Shown: in pieces, positions 28,943 to 38,059 of the stretch
How positions within the stretch are numbered: position 1 is the stretch's first letter
How the letters are laid out: each line of letters starts with the position of its first letter
IMG/VR virus record: IMGVR_UViG_3300009132_000005
Span: 3,530-67,529 of that record
DNA length: 64,000 bases
Direction: 5' to 3' (one strand)
DNA from: a virus
Program-made: the position numbers and the translations under genes
The notes under the pieces: model-generated
What the model was told of the DNA's origin: nothing
Seen by the model: only the letters and a program-made list of their open reading frames with translations
The model's database searches: none

Positions 28943-31351
28943 TTATTTAGGATCAAAATTACCCATAGTAATTCCACCACCTAATATATCATTACCTGAA
29001 GACTCAAAGCTTTTAGCTTTATCTTGCGATTTTCTTCGCTCTTCTCCTTGTAATTTTACTCTTTGATCTTTTCGATCTTCTTTTAAAGTTTCTTTTCTAT
29101 CTAGTACTTGATTATCTACTTGCTTCATTCGCATACCTAATTTAAACTCATGATCCATAAGTTGTTTCTTTAGTGCTGCTTCTTCTTGAAGCTCTTTGCT
29201 TTTTATTTGAGCTTTAACTTGTTCTAGTTGTGTTTGCATCTGAGTTATAGCTTCTTGTTTTTGTACCTCAGCTTGAGCTGCAACTTGTTGCGCTTCAGCA
29301 TTAGCCTTTGCTTGTGCTTGTATGTTTCTTTGCTGTAACTCCTGATCTCTTTCTTGTTTTTTCCTACGTCTTATTTTAAGCAACTGATTAGCTAACTTAA
29401 CATTTTTAATCATACGTAAATCAATAGCATCTTCTAATTCTATACTTTGTTGAGTTAATGCCATTTGTATATTGTTTTCTAACAATTGTTTTTCTTCTTC
29501 ATCTGGTTCTAGTTCTAAAAATATACCAAAATCATATAGATGTAGATCAGTCATTTCTTCTAATGTAGCAACGTTATGTGCACCTATTTTTTGTATAAAT
29601 GCATCTCTTGTTGGTGAGTACTCTATAATATCTGATATTCTTAACGATAAAGCTTCACAAACCTCAGCTGTTAAATATAAACCAGCTTTTAGTATATGTC
29701 TAGTAGCTGTGTTACTATTTGCAGCAGCTATTTTTTGTATACCAACTAATGCTTTCGCGTCTGGTGTGCTAGCATCCCTTGCCTCATTTAATCCGGTCAC
29801 GTCTCTTATCATCTGCAGATAATAATTGTATGTCTGTATTAAACTCTGTAGCTTGCCACCGCCGTTACTACTTTGTATTTCTTGAATAGGCACCTTTCCT
29901 GGGTTTGGATCTCCATCCATAGTTAAGGATCTACCGATTATACTACCAGTTTGGAAGAACATGTTTAATGCTTCTTGCGGGTTGTAGTTCGTGCCATTGC
30001 CAAGGTCAATCTCTGCAAGGCCATCAGCATCCATAAATATGCCGTCAGGTACCATTCGCGAAAGAACTTGTTGGAGTTTAAGGTGTGTTAATTGAATCAT
30101 ATCAGCAAAACCAGTAATACGTCCTACTAGTGATTCAATTTTACCTTTATACATTCTTGGAGCGACTATATTGTAATTCATTTTTACTTTAGTATAATCA
30201 CTCTTAGGTCTCATCATATTTTTAGCAAGTTCCCATTTAAGTAATTTATCAGTACCTAATATAAGAACACCCTCGTATAAAACCTCTATTTGTTTTTCTA
30301 ACTTACCAAACCTTTGTTCTAAAGCAGCATCAACTATAGGGTTAAATGATTCATCTTTTACAATAACCTTACTACCACCTGTAGCTGTGTCTTTTACTTT
30401 ATAAACTTCTTTTGAATAAGTTTTATAGTTAAAGTACAATACTTGTACTTGATTTTTATCTATTTCATCATGCTCATGATGTTGGTTATAATAACCAGCT
30501 TTTCTAAAACTTTGACCTGATATTTCTTCTAACTCTTGTTGATCTAAATCAGGAAATTGTTTTACTAATTCGTTTATTGGTATTACTTTTACTTCACCAC
30601 AGTAATATATATCATCAAAATAAGGATCTGTTGTATAAGACCATATTAAATTAGCAGGATCAACATATTCTATAGTAACACCTTCTGATGTATTAAAACC
30701 TGTTTTAACAGCACCAATACCTAGTACAGTTAAATCATAGTAAAATCTTTTTCTTGTTAATTCGTATTTATTACCATCCAATAAAACGTTTAAAGCTTGC
30801 TCTTCTGCTATTTCAACAGCTTGTTTATAATTAAGCTGCATATGTAATTCTAACTCTTCTTTATTTTCTGGTACAAGTTCTTCAGGATTTTGTAATATAC
30901 CTTGACCATAAACACTTTTAACTTGTTTATCAAATTCTAAGTTGTTCATGTCTATTAATAAACTTTCCATATAAGCTGTTCTTTTGCTTACACCATATGG
31001 ATCTTGCGAGTATGCTTTTATATCATAAACTCTTTCTGAAATACCATTAACAACTATATCTACAAATTTTGGTATAATAGGTACTGGTTTCCAGTCTAAA
31101 TTAAGATAAGACATATCACCATTAATAGATAACTCGTCTTTGTATTTTTGAACTGACTGTTCACCTCTTGCATATAATCTAAGTTTATGAAAACTGTCTT
31201 GATTATTGGCGAACCTATAAGTCACACCATCTCTAACGAACCACTCGCTTTCGATAGCTTTAGCTACCTTCAAGCCATATTCTTGACTTATTTTTTCTAT
31301 ATCAGGAGCTACCTGACTTGGAAAATATTCTTTTGTTATTGATTCGGCCAT
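28943..31351 (-). CDS. Portal protein
   Basis: 802 aa after TerL. LRLYARGEQ, PIIPKFVDIVVNG, IRDVTGLNEARD and a Gln-rich coiled-coil C-terminus. Confidence 0.85.
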   Translation of the reverse strand: MAESITKEYFPSQVAPDIEKISQEYGLKVAKAIESEWFVRDGVTYRFANNQDSFHKLRLYARGEQSVQKYKDELSINGDMSYLNLDWKPVPIIPKFVDIVVNGISERVYDIKAYSQDPYGVSKRTAYMESLLIDMNNLEFDKQVKSVYGQGILQNPEELVPENKEELELHMQLNYKQAVEIAEEQALNVLLDGNKYELTRKRFYYDLTVLGIGAVKTGFNTSEGVTIEYVDPANLIWSYTTDPYFDDIYYCGEVKVIPINELVKQFPDLDQQELEEISGQSFRKAGYYNQHHEHDEIDKNQVQVLYFNYKTYSKEVYKVKDTATGGSKVIVKDESFNPIVDAALEQRFGKLEKQIEVLYEGVLILGTDKLLKWELAKNMMRPKSDYTKVKMNYNIVAPRMYKGKIESLVGRITGFADMIQLTHLKLQQVLSRMVPDGIFMDADGLAEIDLGNGTNYNPQEALNMFFQTGSIIGRSLTMDGDPNPGKVPIQEIQSSNGGGKLQSLIQTYNYYLQMIRDVTGLNEARDASTPDAKALVGIQKIAAANSNTATRHILKAGLYLTAEVCEALSLRISDIIEYSPTRDAFIQKIGAHNVATLEEMTDLHLYDFGIFLELEPDEEEKQLLENNIQMALTQQSIELEDAIDLRMIKNVKLANQLLKIRRRKKQERDQELQQRNIQAQAKANAEAQQVAAQAEVQKQEAITQMQTQLEQVKAQIKSKELQEEAALKKQLMDHEFKLGMRMKQVDNQVLDRKETLKEDRKDQRVKLQGEERRKSQDKAKSFESSGNDILGGGITMGNFDPK

Positions 31352-31355
31352 ATTG

Positions 31356-33548
31356 TTATTTTATTAACTTAGATAAGGTACCTTTATTTTCATACCTTGA
31401 AATCTTTATATTTAGTTTCTTTTTTTCTTTTACAGCATTAGGATTATATAAATGTCTATTACAACCCATTATAGCTAAACCACTACTAATAGCGGCGTCA
31501 AATTTTGTTCTATTGTTTATGTCAAACTTAGACCAATCGTGTAGAGTTTCTGTAAAATACATTTTACCTCTATCGCCAACATGATCTTGTATATACATTT
31601 CAATAGCAGCTGCATGAGCTTGCTTTATGTCTTCACTAGAGTTTGGTATACCACCTATTTCTTTTTCAGCTGTAGATAATTTATTCCAAACTTTATCAGG
31701 TCTATTCATACTAAAACCTCTATAACCACGCCTTCTTAAATAATACAATAGACGGGGTTTATTATTTTCAGCAAGTATAGGCATCCCGTAGAATATTAAA
31801 GACATTAGAACGTCCTCAAAGAATATCTCGGCTGTCTGTGGTCTAGCTATATACTCTAAGAAAAACTGATTTGGTGGGCAGTCTTCCATGCTAAACTTAG
31901 TTAAACCATGCAAAGAACCTTTCGATCCTTTTCCATCTACTGTTCCTGATATATCATAAGAGTCACATCCAAACGCTCCCATGTGTTCATTACCTGGGTA
32001 TTTAATTCCATTTTTAATAATTACATTGTTTTGTAATTCTACTTTTGGCACCCATGATACTTTAAATCTACCTTTTGCATCAGGATAAAACATTACTCTT
32101 GTATCTTTAATACCGTTTATCCATTGAAAATTCCCAGTAGATATATAATCCTGAGCAAACTCTTCGTTGTAATCTATCTGCTCGTATATCTTTGATAGAT
32201 TAAATATGCTGTTTTTAGTTTCGTCTCTGAAAGCATGTTCTTCAGTACGTGGAAATTGTCTATAAAATTCATTTAAAGCATCTCCATCGTTTTTTAATCC
32301 ATCAGCTTCATTTTGCCAATGATTAATAACACCAACATCTATGAAGTCACCGTGTGGTCCTTCAACTTCTGTTTCTGGTGTATCGAATACAGGTAACCCA
32401 TAAGAATCAATGAATCCCTCGTAGTTCCACTCCATAGGTATGAACAAACTATATAATCCCGAGCTAGTCTGTCCATTGCGGTTTCTTTTTGTGACATCTG
32501 AGTTTTTGTATAATTTTTTGAAGTTGTCACCACCTTTATCTAAAGCGTTTGATGTTGAACCCATCATACACTTACCGATAATTCTACTACCTAATCGCAG
32601 TGTTGTTTTTGTAACTCTCCAGTTATTTAATATGTTATTAGGTCTCTCCCATTTACCACTTTCATCGTGTACTAATAACTTTAGTTTTTCACCATCATAA
32701 CTATTATCACCTGTATTTTTCCAGTCAATAGTTGTATCTAATCCTTCTAACTCTTCTTTATTATCTATTGTTATATTTCTTCTAGTTAATTTACTAGCTG
32801 GCACTCTAAACGCTAATTCTGTTTTAGGTCGATCCATACCATCTTGAATCGGTTTAAAAAAGAAGGGATAGTTTACTGATATTGGCACTACCTTGTCTGT
32901 AAACATCTTTTTAGCATCAGGACCTGTTTTAGATAATATACCAAAACGCGAGTCACTTGATATTGTTGCTTGGTTAACTACTTCACCTGAAGCCATAAAT
33001 GAAAAACCAGATCGTCTATTTTTTAAATAACACATACCGTAGCATCTGCTATCAGCTTTACAAGCTTCCCAAAATATATAAAATAATCTATTAGCTTCTC
33101 TAAAATCAGGTTTACCTACGTCTATCTTAGACCATTGTAAGTACATGTAATGCGTACCTGTTATGTAAGTAGGAATATCATTGTTATAAAACCAAAAACC
33201 TTCATCTCTTTTTGTAAATTCATTCTCTATGTAATCAATGTATTTACTTTTAAAGTCATTTGGTAAGTTTTTCCAATCAAATATAGTTTTTACTCTTTGT
33301 AATTCTTTTGGATAAAGCTCTACCTCCCATTTATTTGAATCAAACTTTTTTATTTTTTTAGGTGTTTTCGGTAAAGCTATATTCAAATTTTGTATGCTAT
33401 ACACATCACCTATCATACCTGTCTTGCTTATAACTACAATATCATGCTCTTTGTTATAACCATATTTCCAAGCTTTTTTCTTATTAAGTCTCTTTATTGT
33501 ATTAGACCTAATAGGTTCTACTACTTTATATAAACTTTGTTCGTACAT
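31356..33548 (-). CDS. terL: Terminase large subunit
   Basis: Walker A-like KNRRSGFS, Walker B LLVHDESGK, motif III GSTSN, RNase H acidic GCDSYD and FDA motifs. Confidence 0.9.
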   Translation of the reverse strand: MYEQSLYKVVEPIRSNTIKRLNKKKAWKYGYNKEHDIVVISKTGMIGDVYSIQNLNIALPKTPKKIKKFDSNKWEVELYPKELQRVKTIFDWKNLPNDFKSKYIDYIENEFTKRDEGFWFYNNDIPTYITGTHYMYLQWSKIDVGKPDFREANRLFYIFWEACKADSRCYGMCYLKNRRSGFSFMASGEVVNQATISSDSRFGILSKTGPDAKKMFTDKVVPISVNYPFFFKPIQDGMDRPKTELAFRVPASKLTRRNITIDNKEELEGLDTTIDWKNTGDNSYDGEKLKLLVHDESGKWERPNNILNNWRVTKTTLRLGSRIIGKCMMGSTSNALDKGGDNFKKLYKNSDVTKRNRNGQTSSGLYSLFIPMEWNYEGFIDSYGLPVFDTPETEVEGPHGDFIDVGVINHWQNEADGLKNDGDALNEFYRQFPRTEEHAFRDETKNSIFNLSKIYEQIDYNEEFAQDYISTGNFQWINGIKDTRVMFYPDAKGRFKVSWVPKVELQNNVIIKNGIKYPGNEHMGAFGCDSYDISGTVDGKGSKGSLHGLTKFSMEDCPPNQFFLEYIARPQTAEIFFEDVLMSLIFYGMPILAENNKPRLLYYLRRRGYRGFSMNRPDKVWNKLSTAEKEIGGIPNSSEDIKQAHAAAIEMYIQDHVGDRGKMYFTETLHDWSKFDINNRTKFDAAISSGLAIMGCNRHLYNPNAVKEKKKLNIKISRYENKGTLSKLIK

Positions 33549-33823
33549 TACTTAGATCTTCTTTCTGCAAAACCACTAAAAGCTTGTGGTTTATCATCTT
33601 CTTTTACTTTACCGTCAAGCATATTCTGCTCGTCTTCTATACGATTTAATATCTCGAATGCATCAAATATGGCGAGCTTTTTAGTAGCGGCAGCGTTCTT
33701 GAGTCTATCTGCTGAGATGTCATCATCAGTTTCCACAATCGGTTCTTTCGCGACTTTAACAAGTTCTTTGACTGCTTCATAACCAGCTTGGATTATACTC
33801 TTTTTCCTTTCCTTGATATTCAT
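33548..33823 (-). CDS. Putative terminase small subunit
   Basis: Helical 91-aa protein coupled directly upstream of terL. Confidence 0.45.
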   Translation of the reverse strand: MNIKERKKSIIQAGYEAVKELVKVAKEPIVETDDDISADRLKNAAATKKLAIFDAFEILNRIEDEQNMLDGKVKEDDKPQAFSGFAERRSK

Positions 33824-34382
33824 ATTTAATTGTAATTGAATTGCTAAATATTCTATATAATTTATCTTCGTCTATAACAAACTCATACTCTGTGTTAGGT
33901 TTAAACCCGACTAAATCACCAGGTTTTAAACCAGCTTCTGCTAAGTATTTATCACAATATTTTAATATACCAACCAAAGGTTGTTCTTTATCATCATTAA
34001 AAATATTATTAGACATAGACTCTATTGGTTTAACAAAACAAAAAGTATCATTTGCTTTCCAGGTATCGTTTGTTTTATATAAAAATATTTGATCTGGAAA
34101 AACAAAATACATATCATCTTTATAATATGATTTACTATCTTTTTCTCTACCTCTTATATCGTTCCACCTTCTAAAAACATTATGATGTACTATAACTATA
34201 TCACCAACTTTTATGTTTGTATCACCAACAGTTGGTGTAGATATAACTTCAGCATGTCTATTAACATATTGATGTGAAAAGTTTTCAGCGTTGAGTATTA
34301 ACTCTTTGTCGCCTACTTTCTTTTTGTTATTGTATCTATTATCATTTAAAGGTTTAACTATAAAGTTTAAAACACTTTTCAC
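33777..34382 (-). CDS. Tandem GroES-like co-chaperonin
   Basis: Two GroES-like units: FIVKP...AEVISTP...IKVGDIVIV and CFVKP...GILKY...LKPGDLVGF...YEF.I....YRI. Confidence 0.55.
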   Translation of the reverse strand: MKSVLNFIVKPLNDNRYNNKKKVGDKELILNAENFSHQYVNRHAEVISTPTVGDTNIKVGDIVIVHHNVFRRWNDIRGREKDSKSYYKDDMYFVFPDQIFLYKTNDTWKANDTFCFVKPIESMSNNIFNDDKEQPLVGILKYCDKYLAEAGLKPGDLVGFKPNTEYEFVIDEDKLYRIFSNSITIKYEYQGKEKEYNPSWL

Positions 34383-34618
34383 TAATATTCTAAATTATAT
34401 TCAACAGCTATAGCCATGTTTTTATTAAAATCTTTCCACGGTAGTATTTCATCTTCTTTTTTTATAAGTATTTTAAACTTATCTTCTTCTTCAATTATAT
34501 CGCAGATAAGATGACCTCCGTAAACTTCTTGGCCTACGGAGTAGTGCATCGCTTCGTTTTTATAATCTCTACCTATACTTATTTTACGAATTAAGTTTTT
34601 CATCTTTCGGTAGAACAT
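34382..34618 (-). CDS. Conserved hypothetical protein
   Basis: IRKISIG.DYK..AMHY.VGQ.V.GG...WK.FN.NM...VEY. Start may be MKNLI. Confidence 0.6.
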   Translation of the reverse strand: MFYRKMKNLIRKISIGRDYKNEAMHYSVGQEVYGGHLICDIIEEEDKFKILIKKEDEILPWKDFNKNMAIAVEYNLEY

Positions 34619-34871
34619 TTATAGATCCGTCTTCTATATTAATAGAAACATCACCGTATTTTTCTTTTAACTTTAAGTTGTTTGATTGTAATTTATTTTG
34701 TATATCTGTTATCTGATTACAAAGAGCGTTTTTCTGATACTCTAAATTACCAACTTGCATTTGTGTTTTGTTGATTTGACCAACAAGAGCTTTTATTAAT
34801 TGTAGCTCTTCATCTGTAACTTTTTCAGCAACTTTTGCTTTAGGTGCTTTTTTACTATAAGTTTTTGCCAT
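34584..34871 (-). CDS. Small coiled-coil protein (fibre-chaperone/prefoldin-like)
   Basis: Helical hairpin followed by KYGDVSINIEDG. Confidence 0.55.
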   Translation of the reverse strand: MAKTYSKKAPKAKVAEKVTDEELQLIKALVGQINKTQMQVGNLEYQKNALCNQITDIQNKLQSNNLKLKEKYGDVSINIEDGSINVLPKDEKLNS

Positions 34872-34929
34872 AATTTTATTTAATTTAAATTTGTTTCACT
34901 ATTTTATTATTACTCAATTGTCACACTTT

Positions 34930-35829
34930 TTACTTCTTTTTGTCAGGTGAAGCTATATACCAGTTTTTATACTTTTCTCTTTTAGCACAAATATACTCAA
35001 TATACTTATCTACTTTTGTTTTCCAGTCCTTGTCTATAGCTGGATTTATTATACCAGACTTATAACTAGAAAATGTTTTATCAACATAATGTTTTATATT
35101 ATCTTGATGATGATATAAAAAATTATTTATACAATAAAAAGATCCCATACGTATATTGTTCCAAACATCTACAGGTTCTATTGTTTTACCTAAAACACCA
35201 GCAAATAAAGGGCTTTCGCTTATATGTGTAGAGTAAACACCTTTTGCTTTCTGCATGTAATAATACATGTCTACGTTTTTAGGTAATATATTTTCTTCAC
35301 CAAAGAAATCTTTTAGTTCACCTATAATTTGATGTGTTGTTATAGGGTGTGGTTTAAAATAAACATTATTACCATGTTTATTAACTATATGTTTTAATCT
35401 ATTTAAACATACATTTTCTCTTAACTTGTTAGATCCTGGTAAAACTATTAAATAATCTTTAGCAGGGTATCTTTCTAAGTCTTCTTCTCTATCTTGATAT
35501 TTATTAGCGTTGCTATCAACAACTTTTTTAACTAACCAAGATGAATAATCTAACACTTTTGTATCTTTATCATACCAAGCATCTAGCATTTGTTCATTAC
35601 GCATTTTAAAATTTAGTGGCTGTAAATAAAAATTACCTGCGTACTCGGTATATGCTAGCGTTTTAAAGTATGGCATTTCTTCTGCCATAACATCATAACT
35701 GTGTTCTAAACCGTTTTCGCCACACTTTCTTATAACATAACCTTCAACTTGTTCTAAGTCGTATAAGCTGTTATTTTTTTTAAGAGGGCCTATTCGCTTT
35801 CTAAGCTCCTCTTTGTTAAACATTTCCAT
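34930..35829 (-). CDS. GT-B glycosyltransferase-like protein (KpsS/KpsC or sialyltransferase-like)
   Basis: LIVLPGS, VYFKPHP (HP motif), then AKGVYSTHISES...GVLGK, as in CMP-sugar GT-B C-terminal domains. Confidence 0.55.
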   Translation of the reverse strand: MEMFNKEELRKRIGPLKKNNSLYDLEQVEGYVIRKCGENGLEHSYDVMAEEMPYFKTLAYTEYAGNFYLQPLNFKMRNEQMLDAWYDKDTKVLDYSSWLVKKVVDSNANKYQDREEDLERYPAKDYLIVLPGSNKLRENVCLNRLKHIVNKHGNNVYFKPHPITTHQIIGELKDFFGEENILPKNVDMYYYMQKAKGVYSTHISESPLFAGVLGKTIEPVDVWNNIRMGSFYCINNFLYHHQDNIKHYVDKTFSSYKSGIINPAIDKDWKTKVDKYIEYICAKREKYKNWYIASPDKKK

Positions 35830-35888
35830 ATAATTAAATTTAATTGTTATAGTACTATAGTCACATATTATTACACTTTTCTACCTAA

Positions 35889-37499
35889 TTACTCGTTATT
35901 GCCTTGGAAAGGATTAGTACCAAGCTGTCCAAATTGATTAAAATTCTGATAATAACCTGTATTTGTTGAGTAAACAGTTGTAAATGTAGTAGTAGTACTG
36001 TATATTGTTGTTGTACTTGTGCTAGTATTATAGTTTGTTGATATACTTGTTGGCACTGTAGTACCAAAGCTAGTAATTGTGTTAGTACTTGTGTTATAAG
36101 TAGTAGTGGTACCGGTTGTAGTATTATACGCTGTAGTTGTAGCTGTATTGTATACTGTTGTTGTACTCTTACTAGTTAAAGTACTAGTATTAAACGTTGT
36201 TGTAGTAGATTTACTAGTGGTCTTAGATGTTGAAGTACTAGTATTGTACTGTGTTATAGTAGGTTTACTAGTTATAGTAGACGTATTAAACGTTGTTGTA
36301 TAAATAGTAGTTGTATCTTTAGAAGTACCATGAGATGTATTTCTATTTGTACTATATGTTGTATTTCTTTGTGTTGTGGTACTAGTGTTATACGTAGTAG
36401 TATAAGCTGTAGTAGTATTTTTATTAGTACTATATGTTGTAGTTCTACTTTCTTGAGTTGTAGTAGAAGTGTTAAACGTTGTTGTAGTACTAGTGTTATA
36501 TACAGTTATAGTTATTGTATCTGTTGTTCTACTAGTACTTCTAATAGTCTGAGCTGTACCAAAAGTTAACTTCATTGTTATTTGATACGTAGTATATACT
36601 GTGGTAGTACTAGTGTTAAATGTTGTTGTTGTGCTTGTACTAGTATTAAATGTTGTTGTCGTATTATATACTGTTAAAGTAGACGTATTAAAAGTTGTTG
36701 TAGTGTTGTTGTTAGTACTTACTGTAGTGTTTCTTTGTTCAGTAGTATTCTTGTTAGTACTCCATGTAGTATTAAATACTGTTGTTGTACTTGTATTAAA
36801 CACGGTATTAGTAGTATACGTAGTAGTTGTAGCTGTATTATAAACAGTTGTTGTTTGTGTACTAGTGTTGTAAGTAGTAGTTGTGTTGTTATTTGTACTT
36901 ACCGTTGTATTTCTTTGCTCTGTTGTATTTTTAAATGTAGCATAAGTAGTATTAAAAGTAGTTAGAGTAGAAGTGTTAAACGTCGTGGTAGTCGTATAAG
37001 TAGTTGTAGTAGCTGTATTGTATATTGTATTTGTACTAGTACTTGTGTTAAAATAAGTTGTTGTTTCATGATTAGTACTAACTGTAGTATTTCTTTGTTC
37101 AGTAGTGTTTTTGTTTGTAGAGTAAGTTGTATTTCTACTAGTAGATCTAGAGGTATTATAAGTTGTTGTAGTTGTATAAACAGTAGTAGTTGACGTATTA
37201 TACGTAGTAGTTGTAGTTTTAGTTGTATTAAATGTTGTACTAGTAGTATAAGTTGTCGTAGTGTTTCTACTTTCTGTAGTGTTTTTGCTAGTAGCAAAAG
37301 TAGTTGTAGTGTTTCTTGACTCAGTAGTATTTCTTGATTCAGTAGTATTTTTTGACGTTAAATAGTAAGTAGTCCAATAAGTAGTATATGCAGTAGTAGT
37401 ACTTCTTGATTCACCAGTGTTTTTACTAGTCGATCTAGAGGTATTACGTATAGTACTCGCAGATGTCGGTCTTGTTGTGTTTCTACTTGTATTTGGCAT
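35889..37499 (-). CDS. Thr-rich repeat protein A (536 aa)
   Basis: Uninterrupted ORF, Thr approaching half of residues. (Y/F)NT(S/T) repeats; KNTTEQRNTTVSTN recurs three times at 60-aa spacing. Confidence 0.75.
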   Translation of the reverse strand: MPNTSRNTTRPTSASTIRNTSRSTSKNTGESRSTTTAYTTYWTTYYLTSKNTTESRNTTESRNTTTTFATSKNTTESRNTTTTYTTSTTFNTTKTTTTTYNTSTTTVYTTTTTYNTSRSTSRNTTYSTNKNTTEQRNTTVSTNHETTTYFNTSTSTNTIYNTATTTTYTTTTTFNTSTLTTFNTTYATFKNTTEQRNTTVSTNNNTTTTYNTSTQTTTVYNTATTTTYTTNTVFNTSTTTVFNTTWSTNKNTTEQRNTTVSTNNNTTTTFNTSTLTVYNTTTTFNTSTSTTTTFNTSTTTVYTTYQITMKLTFGTAQTIRSTSRTTDTITITVYNTSTTTTFNTSTTTQESRTTTYSTNKNTTTAYTTTYNTSTTTQRNTTYSTNRNTSHGTSKDTTTIYTTTFNTSTITSKPTITQYNTSTSTSKTTSKSTTTTFNTSTLTSKSTTTVYNTATTTAYNTTTGTTTTYNTSTNTITSFGTTVPTSISTNYNTSTSTTTIYSTTTTFTTVYSTNTGYYQNFNQFGQLGTNPFQGNNE

Positions 37500-37500
37500 C

Positions 37501-38055
37501 TTAACTTATTGTTTCACCAGATATTGGTATTATTATTCTACCACCTGATTTTAAATTACTATTATAATTATTAACTAAATTTGTTTTATGATCTTGAGAT
37601 ATATCATCTGGCTCAGCCCATAAATCACATATAATTATATCATACTGCTTACTCAATGTGTGAGTAAACTCATTACCGTTAATAACATTAATATCACTAT
37701 TAATCCAATTAACAACTTCTATTATTTCAGCATCACTTTCTATAACATCTATACTCGTAATACCTTTGTTTATTTTTATATATTCTGGTAATAAACCTAA
37801 ACCTAAACCTAAAACTAATATATCACCCCACGTAGCTCCATTGTATTGAGTGTTTGTGTCATTAAAACCACAATCATTACAATCACCAGCTCTTATTTTA
37901 GCTGTTACCTCTGCATTATAAAATCTATGCACCACATCTGTTTTATATTTTAATTCAGATATAATATATTCTTCATTATCACTATTTACTTTAGTTACTT
38001 TATTTATTTCAAAGTTAGTTCCGTCGTGTGCAGGTATTAAGTTTTCGTTTATCAT
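37501..38055 (-). CDS. Class I SAM-dependent methyltransferase (spermidine-synthase-like)
   Basis: DILVLGLGLG (motif I), IDVIE, YDIIICD, LKSGGRII. Confidence 0.75.
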   Translation of the reverse strand: MINENLIPAHDGTNFEINKVTKVNSDNEEYIISELKYKTDVVHRFYNAEVTAKIRAGDCNDCGFNDTNTQYNGATWGDILVLGLGLGLLPEYIKINKGITSIDVIESDAEIIEVVNWINSDINVINGNEFTHTLSKQYDIIICDLWAEPDDISQDHKTNLVNNYNSNLKSGGRIIIPISGETIS

Positions 38056-38059
38056 AATA